40,535 bases of DNA. It comes from a virus. Taxonomy: Duplodnaviria > Caudoviricetes. The stretch lies in the IMG/VR virus record IMGVR_UViG_3300044455_000042, positions 1 through 40,535 of that record. One strand, 5' to 3'. A model generated the notes under the pieces. It saw only the letters and a program-made list of their open reading frames with translations, did not search any database and was not told the DNA's origin. The position numbers and the translations under genes are program-made. Below, one piece after another: positions 16,551 to 24,561 of this stretch (positions within the stretch are counted from its first letter, which is position 1; each line of letters begins with the position of its first letter).

Positions 16551-17442
16551 GCTCGGCAGCGGAGACCTTTTGTCCCGCGGCCCGAAAGCGGGATAGCTCT
16601 CCGAGCGGGTCGGCAATGGTCTTGTCGCAGTCATCATGCAGCATCCTCGTGCATCGGCAAAACTTCTCCGGCATGGCAAAGCCGATGCGGCTCAGATCGA
16701 GCCGCGGGTCGGTGATCTTCTCGGGCGCGTTGTGGCCGCCGTGGCCGCCAAGCACCACGAACGTCCGCACTTTGAGCGCGAGGCCCGCCGGCACGATCCA
16801 TCCGACGCCGCCAACCACGATGTCCGCATCCCGCACCAGCGCGAGCAGCTCGCGGACCTTGAGTTCGCCGAACACGAAATGGTGGTGCGCTGGCGGCAGA
16901 GTTCCGACGAGCCACTCGTGGCCGGCCTCGATGTCCGCAACCGCGACCACGGTATGGGTTGCCATCAGCTCTGCCGCCAGCGCGACGATGTATTCCGGCA
17001 GCGGTGCCCGCGCCGTGTTGTCCCACTCGGTTCTCCGTGTGACCGGCCGGATGACTGCGATCGGCTTGTCCGATACGATCGGCGACGGTCCCATGTCAGG
17101 CAGATCGAACAGTGCCGGATCGAACAGAACTTTCAGAGCCGACCACCGACGCTCCAATGACTGAATGACCGAATAGTCCGCCAACTCCGCGCCGTATGAA
17201 ACCTTCACCTCGCGCATCGGCGGCGGCTTCGACCAACGCGTCTTTGGCTGGCGTTCCAAGTTTTTCATCTGCGTGCGCAGTCGACGCGGCGCACGCACAA
17301 GCCGGATGTCGAGATCCTCGTAGAGTTCCGGCCATGGCGTATCGAGCCACACCTGGTATCGCGCGGCTGCGGCGCGCACGAACGGCCGCTGATAGCAGTT
17401 ATCCCCGAGCCCCCAAAGACCGCGGATCAGGACCGGCTTCAA
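16477..17442 (-). CDS. Glycosyltransferase, GT-B fold (GT9/heptosyltransferase-like)
   Basis: TTG start overlapping the upstream TGA; N-terminal GLGD motif; ELLALVRDADIVVGGVG...AGLAL.VRTFVVLGG. Confidence 0.8.
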   Translation of the reverse strand: MKPVLIRGLWGLGDNCYQRPFVRAAAARYQVWLDTPWPELYEDLDIRLVRAPRRLRTQMKNLERQPKTRWSKPPPMREVKVSYGAELADYSVIQSLERRWSALKVLFDPALFDLPDMGPSPIVSDKPIAVIRPVTRRTEWDNTARAPLPEYIVALAAELMATHTVVAVADIEAGHEWLVGTLPPAHHHFVFGELKVRELLALVRDADIVVGGVGWIVPAGLALKVRTFVVLGGHGGHNAPEKITDPRLDLSRIGFAMPEKFCRCTRMLHDDCDKTIADPLGELSRFRAAGQKVSAAERVAVVAGRAADRLDRAADAVHAGG

Positions 17443-18074
17443 GCCGCGCGCCGCTCGCCCAGCGCCTCCTGCAGGGTGATTGCCGGCAGCAGATCGGTCC
17501 ACGCCGTGCCGGGCGAGGCATTGTACGCCGCGATCCCGAGCGCCTTTAGCGACGGAACGATCGTCACAAGATCCCCGAGGTGCTTGTCGTAGCAACCGGG
17601 CGTGTGAGCCCATCGGTGCGGTGTGTGATGATGAGTGCGGCCGTCCGCGGCTTTCTGTCCATCGGCACCGAGCCACACGATCGTTCCGCCTGACCCGACG
17701 AGATGCGCCGCCAGGTTGGTCGCCGCGGTCAAGGATGTCCATCGCTGCATCAGACTATGGGCTTCGCGCGCCAGTCCCGGCGGTTTCGTCTTGTGGCAAA
17801 GCAGCACGCGCTTGTCCGGTATCATACGCGATGTGGTCACGACGCGGCCCGCGAAACTGTCGACCGCCGCCCGGTTTTGCGGCTCATACCACCAGCGCCA
17901 ATCGCCGAAGTACAGGATGTCGGCAAACGGCACCGCATGGACGCTCGAGTTGATGACAATCACCCGGCGCCCGCGCAGCGCGTCGAGATCCTGGCCGAGC
18001 ACCGATGGCCCGCCAGCAACTATCCACGCCGTCTCGCCCGGCCACTCACGCGGCACCGACCAGAATGGCTTCAC
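17439..18074 (-). CDS. DUF115/Maf-like (sialyltransferase-fold) putative glycosyltransferase
   Basis: AWIVAGGPS...VIVINSS...ADILYFGD...AATNLAAHL...IVWLGAD...YNAS motifs. Confidence 0.7.
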   Translation of the reverse strand: MKPFWSVPREWPGETAWIVAGGPSVLGQDLDALRGRRVIVINSSVHAVPFADILYFGDWRWWYEPQNRAAVDSFAGRVVTTSRMIPDKRVLLCHKTKPPGLAREAHSLMQRWTSLTAATNLAAHLVGSGGTIVWLGADGQKAADGRTHHHTPHRWAHTPGCYDKHLGDLVTIVPSLKALGIAAYNASPGTAWTDLLPAITLQEALGERRAA

Positions 18075-18700
18075 TTGAACCTGACGACCTCGGGCGCGCG
18101 CTTGTCTTCCGGCCGATAATCACGACCATCAGTCCCGCGCTTGACGGCCAGGCGCCAGTCGTCGCTCTTGCCCGGCTTCGCCGTTGTTTCGGTCTGCGCA
18201 ATCCAGAACGACCCGCCCGATGTGACGCCATCACCAACGCTATATGCGCCCTCTTTCCAAATGCCGGCATCCAGTACGACCGCCGTCTTCACCTGATGCA
18301 CCTTGCCGCCAAGCGACAAAAGCAAGGTGCGCCCGCCATCCGGCGTCGTAACCGATGCGGCATCAATCGTACGCTCAACCCGCTGGTCGATGTATTCCTG
18401 CAGTAGCGTCAGGTCGGCGGCGTTGCGCCCAGGCTCGCCTTTCTGGCCTCGATCGCCGTCCTTGCCACCCGCACCGGCCGCTCCCACGGCACCCTGCTTG
18501 CCCGGCTCGCCGCGTTCGCCCTTCTCACCACGCTCGCCCTGCAGGCCGCGCTTGCCTTCCGGCCCAGTCTCGCCCGCCGGTCCCGGCACGCGCGCCAGCG
18601 CCCGCACCTCGGTCAGCGCGCGGTGGCACATCGCAAGACAGACGCTCAGCGCCTCGGTCAGCGTATATTGCGGCGAGGGTATCGTCGGAGGTTCGGACAT
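18071..18700 (-). CDS. Collagen-like (Gly-X-Y) virion protein
   Basis: About 18 consecutive GXY triplets; C-terminal GIWKEG.Y..GDGVT.GGSFWIA...DWRLAVKRG domain. Confidence 0.85.
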   Translation of the reverse strand: MSEPPTIPSPQYTLTEALSVCLAMCHRALTEVRALARVPGPAGETGPEGKRGLQGERGEKGERGEPGKQGAVGAAGAGGKDGDRGQKGEPGRNAADLTLLQEYIDQRVERTIDAASVTTPDGGRTLLLSLGGKVHQVKTAVVLDAGIWKEGAYSVGDGVTSGGSFWIAQTETTAKPGKSDDWRLAVKRGTDGRDYRPEDKRAPEVVRFK

Positions 18701-18710
18701 TCAGCAACCC

Positions 18711-21212
18711 TCATGCAGCTAGTAGCAAGGCCATGATCGCGGCCTCGTCGTCGTCGTGCCGCCCGGTGGCCGCACCCTTGAGGACGATGGCGCCCGAGCC
18801 CACACCGCGCGCACCGGAAACGCCCGCACTGGTAACCGACAGTCCTTTGAGCACCGCATGTGCCGCGCCAGCCTGGCCGCGTTCGCCGACCGCCGCAGCC
18901 TTGACCGTGAGCCGCGCCGCGCTGCGCCCGTCGACACCGGCCGTTCCGCCCGCAGCGCCGGTGATACGGGGAATGGCCGCAACACCAGCGCCAACGGCGA
19001 CGACGAAGCCGTGAGCCTCGCCCTCAATCTGCGGCAGGATGGCGTAGCCAACTCCCTCAACCGGGAATGGCCGCTGCGGCCGATAGATGCCACCGCCACC
19101 AACAAAGATCGGCGGCGCGACCTCGCCGGTAACCTCGCCTGCGCCAGAGATCGTTGCGGCGCCAGCCACCAGCACACCGGTACCAACGGTGACGCCTTCC
19201 TCGATGACGACGCCTTCGCCTGTGACCGTCGCTGGGCCAGCAACCAGCGTACCGGTGCCGACAGATGCGACCAGGCCCGCGCCGTCGACCTCTGCCGATC
19301 CAGCAACGAGACTACCGGTGCCGGTCGAGACCGATGCGCCAGTACCCGCTACCGCCGCTACCGCCGCTTCCAGCGCGCCAATGCCGACCGATGCTGAAGC
19401 GCCGACGCCTGCGACCGTCGATGCCTGCGCAACGAGCGCGCCGGTACCTGTCGAGTCGGACGCGCCAGATCCGGTGACCGTCCCCGCTTCCGCTTGTAAC
19501 GCACCAGTGCCGCTCGAAGCCGTGACGCCAGCACCGGATGCAACGGAGGACTGCGCCGCCAGTGCGCCCGAGCCGTCCGATGCCGAGACGCCGGCGCCCG
19601 CCACCGTGGCAGCTTGTGCAGCCAGCGCACCGGTCGCAACCGACGCCGAAACACCAGACCCGCTGACAGTGGAAGCGCCTGCCGCCAGGGCGCCCGTGCC
19701 GGTGGCCGCAGCCGCGCCGACACTGCCCAATCCGCTGACCGCCGCAGCCTGCGCGGCTGGCGTGCCAGTTCCGGCCGAACCCGAAACGCCACCCGTAGAG
19801 CTTACCGTCGCCGCCTGGCCTGACGGTGTACCTGCGCCCACCGATGACGAAATGCCCGCACCAGCCGCAGCGCCCGCCTGCGCGGCTGGCGTGCCGGCCC
19901 CGGTAACGCCCGGCGCCGCAAGCGCCTCACCCATCCACGAGGTGAATCCGCTTGGGCCAGTATAAGTGAAGTCAGCAACCTCGGTACGGAGGGCGATGAC
20001 ATCGCCGCCGGAATTACCTGCGACAAATGCCAGACAGTAGTCTACATTCGAATGGGAGCCTGAAAAACTTAGGCCATTCGTTCCCGTTGCAGGATTAGCA
20101 GCAGCGTTATTGTTCCAAAGACCGTTATTCTCTCTGAACCAGATCTTTTTCGCGCCGCTATCCCACGCGAGACAAATCACGTCGGCCGATACGGAACCAC
20201 TTCCCGTCGTTCCGACGGTCGTCGTTTCGTCTATAATATCTCCGCTGAATGCAACACACGTAAATGATTCAGCCAGACTACTTACGCCCGATTGCTTGGA
20301 TTTAATCCCAATTTTAGGGTTGGAGGTGCGGGTACTGAGCAAAAATTCCGCGTAGTATTTTCCTGCTGTACCATTGGGATGAACGGTGGTTGATCTAACG
20401 CCGGTCGATGTGGCCGTTGTTGTCGCTGTCTTGTCGCTGTTGGACAGCGTGATGCTCGCCGACTTGTCGTTAGCGTTCCACGCATCGCTGATAGAAGGCG
20501 GCGCAATCTTGAACGCGCCAGCGATGACGACGTGCGCGGCGGCAACGGAGGCGGTGGCGGTGAGATTACCGGTCGCGCCAGCCGCAGCCTTGATGGCATC
20601 GAAAACCGCCAGCGAGGTATCGGCACCTGTCGTCGTAAGACTGTCGGCACGCTCCAGCCAGGTCGTCGTAGGCGCCGCAGTACTGGTTGCGCCGCTCGCG
20701 CCGACAGGACTGGTCGCATTGAAGCTCGACCATGCCGCTTCCTGACCGCCTGCCGCCATGGCGACGATCAGATCGTTGGCCTGCGTCGTCGTGAGGCCAG
20801 TCCCGCTGACCGCCGTGATACCGGTCGCAGTGGTGAAAGAGGTCTGCGTATCCTTTGGCGCCGAAGAATCAACGTCGCGATAGGCAACAATTCGCCCGAG
20901 CGCCACAGATGGTGCGACCGGATGCGTGAACGTCAGGTCCGGATCGGACGCGCCCCGGACGCAGTATGCCATCAAACCAGAAGCTGCAGCCGACCCTGTC
21001 GTTAGAACATTGTTGTTCTTCTGCTCCGATACCAGCGTCCATTCGGCGGTGATCGGAAGCGTGATCGACGTGGTGGACGCGATGCGCGACGAGATGCAGG
21101 CAATGAGTAGATCGCCCGCCTGCAGTGTCCCGGCAATGCCGGTCGTGACGAGAGCATGTGAGGTAGCGGTTACCTGGACGACGTTGGAAACGCCGAGAAA
21201 CTGCCAGGCCAT
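18711..21212 (-). CDS. Large Ala/Gly/Ser/Thr-rich fibre-like virion protein with central SPRY/ConA-like domain
   Basis: 833 aa; AGDLLIA and ANDLIVA N-terminal modules; GKYYAEF...DVICLAWD...KIWFRENN domain; 21-aa repeats. Confidence 0.8.
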   Translation of the reverse strand: MAWQFLGVSNVVQVTATSHALVTTGIAGTLQAGDLLIACISSRIASTTSITLPITAEWTLVSEQKNNNVLTTGSAAASGLMAYCVRGASDPDLTFTHPVAPSVALGRIVAYRDVDSSAPKDTQTSFTTATGITAVSGTGLTTTQANDLIVAMAAGGQEAAWSSFNATSPVGASGATSTAAPTTTWLERADSLTTTGADTSLAVFDAIKAAAGATGNLTATASVAAAHVVIAGAFKIAPPSISDAWNANDKSASITLSNSDKTATTTATSTGVRSTTVHPNGTAGKYYAEFLLSTRTSNPKIGIKSKQSGVSSLAESFTCVAFSGDIIDETTTVGTTGSGSVSADVICLAWDSGAKKIWFRENNGLWNNNAAANPATGTNGLSFSGSHSNVDYCLAFVAGNSGGDVIALRTEVADFTYTGPSGFTSWMGEALAAPGVTGAGTPAAQAGAAAGAGISSSVGAGTPSGQAATVSSTGGVSGSAGTGTPAAQAAAVSGLGSVGAAAATGTGALAAGASTVSGSGVSASVATGALAAQAATVAGAGVSASDGSGALAAQSSVASGAGVTASSGTGALQAEAGTVTGSGASDSTGTGALVAQASTVAGVGASASVGIGALEAAVAAVAGTGASVSTGTGSLVAGSAEVDGAGLVASVGTGTLVAGPATVTGEGVVIEEGVTVGTGVLVAGAATISGAGEVTGEVAPPIFVGGGGIYRPQRPFPVEGVGYAILPQIEGEAHGFVVAVGAGVAAIPRITGAAGGTAGVDGRSAARLTVKAAAVGERGQAGAAHAVLKGLSVTSAGVSGARGVGSGAIVLKGAATGRHDDDEAAIMALLLAA
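19130..19910 (-). repeat. About 12 degenerate 21-aa (63-nt) coding repeats
   Basis: Units such as GTGALAAGASTVSGSGVSASV, ATGALAAQAATVAGAGVSASD, GSGALAAQSSVASGAGVTASS; boundaries approximate. Confidence 0.8.
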
Positions 21213-21213
21213 C

Positions 21214-21591
21214 TTACAGCGATGCGGTGTATGTCAGGCTCGTCATCGAAACTGTCTGGCCGGCGGAGATGATGATGCTCGACAGCGTGATGTCGCCGCC
21301 GCCGCCGGTCGCCGTTACGCTGCACAGGACGATGGCCGTTCCGCCGCCCTGGCGAAACTCGGCCTTCGCAACCGTGCCGCCGACCGCACTGCTATCGGCC
21401 GTGATGGCCGCCGCCGTGGCAACACCGCTCGCCGCCGCGCCGAACGCCGGATTGGAGAACGTCAGCGTTGACACCGTCGTGCCGCCGCTCGTCTGGAAGA
21501 CAAGCTTGCCGGGCGGCGTGTTGAGATCGATCTGGTCGACCACGTAATCCGCGATGCCGCTGCGGATGGTCGCCGGGTGTGTGACTGACAA
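21214..21591 (-). CDS. Small virion structural protein, paralogue 2
   Basis: TTG start after GGGAGGGA; LTFSNPAFGAAASG...GGTVAKAEF...ITLSSIIISAGQTVSMTSLT. Confidence 0.75.
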   Translation of the reverse strand: MSVTHPATIRSGIADYVVDQIDLNTPPGKLVFQTSGGTTVSTLTFSNPAFGAAASGVATAAAITADSSAVGGTVAKAEFRQGGGTAIVLCSVTATGGGGDITLSSIIISAGQTVSMTSLTYTASL

Positions 21592-21593
21592 AG

Positions 21594-21776
21594 CTATTCC
21601 CTCCCCATGATCTTGGCCGCCGGGCCGCCCAACTCCACAAGCCCATCCACGATCCATTGCGGAATCAGCTCGACGAGCTTACGGTCGGTCGGCCGCGTCT
21701 CGTAGCTCAGCCCGGCCACATACTGGCTCTGGGTTACGTCCGAGTAGAAATCCTGCAGCGCGGTGAACCGCATCAC
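21594..21776 (-). CDS. Small hypothetical protein
   Basis: 60 aa MRFTALQDFYS...YVAGLSY...WIVDGLV; coupled to neighbours. Confidence 0.7.
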   Translation of the reverse strand: MMRFTALQDFYSDVTQSQYVAGLSYETRPTDRKLVELIPQWIVDGLVELGGPAAKIMGRE

Positions 21777-22138
21777 GGCATCGCCAGCGTGAACTTGCGG
21801 ATGCGCACCGGGCCGCCGCGATAGATACTCGTCGTGTTGAGCTTGATCACCGCGTCGCTGTTCTCGTCACCAATGTCACATTGGATGATTTCATCGCCAT
21901 CCGATGACAGGATGCGCGCTGTTGTCGCCTGCCCGCGGGCGAGCGCGCCATCCTCTTCGCTGATCGGATTGAGATCGATCGCGCCACCGGCGGCAGCCTG
22001 CGCCGCAGGATTGGCGAGCTTCAGCACCGCAAGCACGTTGCCGCTAACGGCCAGCAGTTCGATGCTGCCGCCGTCCATCATGGCGCCAAGAACATCGAGC
22101 ATCGCGTTGCTCGCAGCCTCGGACAGTTCAACGATCAC
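21773..22138 (-). CDS. Small virion structural protein, paralogue 1
   Basis: NAMLD...GGSIEL...LKLANPAAQAAAGG...GQATTARI...IKLNTTSIYRGGPVRI. Confidence 0.8.
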   Translation of the reverse strand: MIVELSEAASNAMLDVLGAMMDGGSIELLAVSGNVLAVLKLANPAAQAAAGGAIDLNPISEEDGALARGQATTARILSSDGDEIIQCDIGDENSDAVIKLNTTSIYRGGPVRIRKFTLAMP

Positions 22139-22404
22139 GGCTGCGGCTCGTCATAGACCAGCGTATAGCCGCCGTTCTCGTTGCGCTCGATCCGGCTCGG
22201 CCGCGGTGGCGGCAACGGCGAAGCCGACCGCGGTACGTTGCGCTGCACGATCGGCGGCGACTCGTGCAGCAGATGAATGGCCGTCTTGACCTGCTCGGCA
22301 AGCTCCGGCGGCACGGTGGTCCTGGCAAACTGCTCGGCCACGCACTCGCGCACGAACGGAACCATGCCCTTGGCCAGGGCGGTGATCTCGTTGTCGTTCA
22401 TCAT
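22135..22404 (-). CDS. Hypothetical protein after the portal
   Basis: 89 aa; ATGA overlap with the portal stop. Confidence 0.7.
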   Translation of the reverse strand: MMNDNEITALAKGMVPFVRECVAEQFARTTVPPELAEQVKTAIHLLHESPPIVQRNVPRSASPLPPPRPSRIERNENGGYTLVYDEPQP

Positions 22405-23798
22405 GCGGCCTCGCGGTGCGCCTTCAGTGCCAGATCAAAACGCTGCGTGATGCGCGCGAGCTTTTCCTCTTCCGGCTCTGGCTCGGGCTCGGGCTCATCA
22501 TCCGCCTCTTCTGGCGGCGGCAATGCCGGCGTGTTCGGCGCGAACGGATCGGCCTGTGCGTCGCGCTTGGCGAGAGCCGCGAGGCTAAAATTCTGCTGCT
22601 GCAGGTACGGCGACTCGCCGCCCGTCACCGGCTTCAGATCCAGCTTGCTGCGGCCTTCGTTCGGCGACATCACGCCCGCGCCGATCGCGTCGCGAATGGC
22701 GGTGATCGCCGTCACGCTGTCCATCCGCAGCAGGTTTTCGGTATCGAACTCGGTTCCGAGGCCGGTGCCATAACCGCCGAGGCCCAACCCATCGTCGAGC
22801 AGTTCCTCGATTTCCTCTATTGGAGCCTGGAGGGCTTGCCCGAAGTACTCAACCTGGAGGGCCTGAACGTTGTTGTACGAGGGCAACGCGCCGACGCCGA
22901 CCTTGTACGGAGGAACGTGATACACGCTGCACACCACCTCGGCCGACCATTTCAGGCTCTCGACCATCTGGCCCTCGACGTTGGTCATCGCGATCTTCTC
23001 GTACTTCATGCCGTTGTCGAGGATGGCGACACGACCGAGATTGATCTTCGAGAAGTTAGCCTCCCACTTCACCTTGATCGACTGCGCGACCTGGTCGCTC
23101 ACCTCGGCGGGCGCGGTCAGAATGCCGCCCGGCATCGACGAATTCTCGAACAGCAGTGCCGATGCGTTCTGCGCATTGAGGCCCAGCATCGATGCCAACC
23201 CGCTGGCAAACACCGGAGGCGTGCCGCACAGCGGATGAAACAGGCAATTCATCCGGTCATGAATGATCTCGCGCGCCGGCACCACGATGTCGTCATCGAT
23301 CGCGGCCATGTTGTCGCTGCTCAAGCGATAGAACACGCTGCCGTCGTCGGCCACCAGTACCTGCACCCGCGTCGGATCGAGCACATGCAGTGCGATCACC
23401 ACGTTGCGGTTGTCGCGCACCTTCAGCACGTAGGTGTTGCCGCGCGACAGCTTCGACAGCATCCAGTTTTCCCAAAATTGATTTCTGGTCTGGTAATTAT
23501 TGGGCCGCCTCAATACCGGACTGAATGCAGGGTTTGTCGTCTCGGACCAGATGCCGTTGGCATCCATCTCGACGAGCTTGACGCGCAGCTTGGCGATGTC
23601 ACGCGCGATCAGCGTCTTGCAGGCGAAGTCCGCATGATACGACGAGGCTGTGTCGTAGTTGACCGAGATGTTGCGCTGCCAGGCGCCGGCGAACGGCTCG
23701 CGGATCAGCGGAAACCATCCGCCGCGGCCTTGCGGTACCGACGACAGCGCCTTCTGCTTTTCTCCGGTGAACGGGATCGGCAGCCCAAAGATCCGCAT
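22401..23798 (-). CDS. Portal protein, HK97 family
   Basis: RPNNYQT..QFW...GNTY, EIIHDR, FENSSMPGGIL, VCSVYHVPP, GVMSPNEGR motifs. Confidence 0.95.
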   Translation of the reverse strand: MRIFGLPIPFTGEKQKALSSVPQGRGGWFPLIREPFAGAWQRNISVNYDTASSYHADFACKTLIARDIAKLRVKLVEMDANGIWSETTNPAFSPVLRRPNNYQTRNQFWENWMLSKLSRGNTYVLKVRDNRNVVIALHVLDPTRVQVLVADDGSVFYRLSSDNMAAIDDDIVVPAREIIHDRMNCLFHPLCGTPPVFASGLASMLGLNAQNASALLFENSSMPGGILTAPAEVSDQVAQSIKVKWEANFSKINLGRVAILDNGMKYEKIAMTNVEGQMVESLKWSAEVVCSVYHVPPYKVGVGALPSYNNVQALQVEYFGQALQAPIEEIEELLDDGLGLGGYGTGLGTEFDTENLLRMDSVTAITAIRDAIGAGVMSPNEGRSKLDLKPVTGGESPYLQQQNFSLAALAKRDAQADPFAPNTPALPPPEEADDEPEPEPEPEEEKLARITQRFDLALKAHREAA

Positions 23799-24109
23799 TA
23801 GAGTTTTGCCTGCGCTATCTCTTGCTGCAGCCGAGCAATACCCCAGCGGCCGTCGACCGCGATGCCGAGCCGCTCGGCTTCCGCACGTAGCCGAATGATG
23901 ATCTTCGCGCCCTCGTCCTCCGGCGCCTCAACGACTTCCGTAGGCATGACCACCACCGGCTGCGGCCGCTCTGGTGCCGCTTCCGGCGCATAGCGCGCCA
24001 GACGCGCACCAACTAGCACGCGCGCATGCATGTCTTTCGCATCGAATTCATCGCCGGCCTGCATCCGGCGCGTGGCATATTTTAGCGATTTCGTCGCGAT
24101 CAGTTTCAT
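23798..24109 (-). CDS. Hypothetical head-associated protein
   Basis: 103 aa; C-terminal LRAEAERLGIAVDGRWGIARLQQEI helical motif. Confidence 0.75.
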   Translation of the reverse strand: MKLIATKSLKYATRRMQAGDEFDAKDMHARVLVGARLARYAPEAAPERPQPVVVMPTEVVEAPEDEGAKIIIRLRAEAERLGIAVDGRWGIARLQQEIAQAKL

Positions 24110-24498
24110 TGGCCGGCCTCTGTGGGCGACGCGGAAGCGGAGTCAACGGTGAGCACGGTAAACGCGCAGGTCTCTTTCTGGGCGATTGGTTCGTCGCGCG
24201 TACCGGATCGCAGTTTGATATATCGCGCCATCAATAGCGTATTGGGATTGATTGCCACGGCCACCCCCGGCGTGACATTGAAGACTACTTCTTTTGCGGT
24301 CGTCCCGGTTTCAAGATCGAAGTCGAACAGATCGCGGAATTCGACCCCCTCCACTGATACCTGAACCGACACACGGGCAGCAGTCCAGACATCCGGCATG
24401 ACGATCCCTACCACAAGGTCGCTGCCCGCATCGACTGCTGTTGACAGGGATGTATCAAACCCAATGTATGCCGGGAGTTTATTGATGGTTTTGGCCAT
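24106..24498 (-). CDS. Hypothetical protein (possible head decoration)
   Basis: SD GGAGG; beta-rich VGIVMPDVWTAA.VSVQVS...YIKLRSGT; directly after the capsid gene. Confidence 0.75.
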   Translation of the reverse strand: MAKTINKLPAYIGFDTSLSTAVDAGSDLVVGIVMPDVWTAARVSVQVSVEGVEFRDLFDFDLETGTTAKEVVFNVTPGVAVAINPNTLLMARYIKLRSGTRDEPIAQKETCAFTVLTVDSASASPTEAGQ

Positions 24499-24518
24499 GA
24501 TTTAACCTCCGGGATATC

Positions 24519-24547
24519 GAGGGCGGGCGGGAAGGGCACCCGCCCTC
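24519..24547 (-). other. GC-rich hairpin after the capsid gene (no U-tract)
   Basis: GAGGGCGGG...CCCGCCCTC inverted repeat. Confidence 0.5.
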
Positions 24548-24561
24548 AACAACCGAGCGCC

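Noticed and set aside
22416-23801. 461-aa antisense ORF mirroring the portal
   Set aside because: Typical stop-poor antisense frame of a GC-rich gene; no motifs
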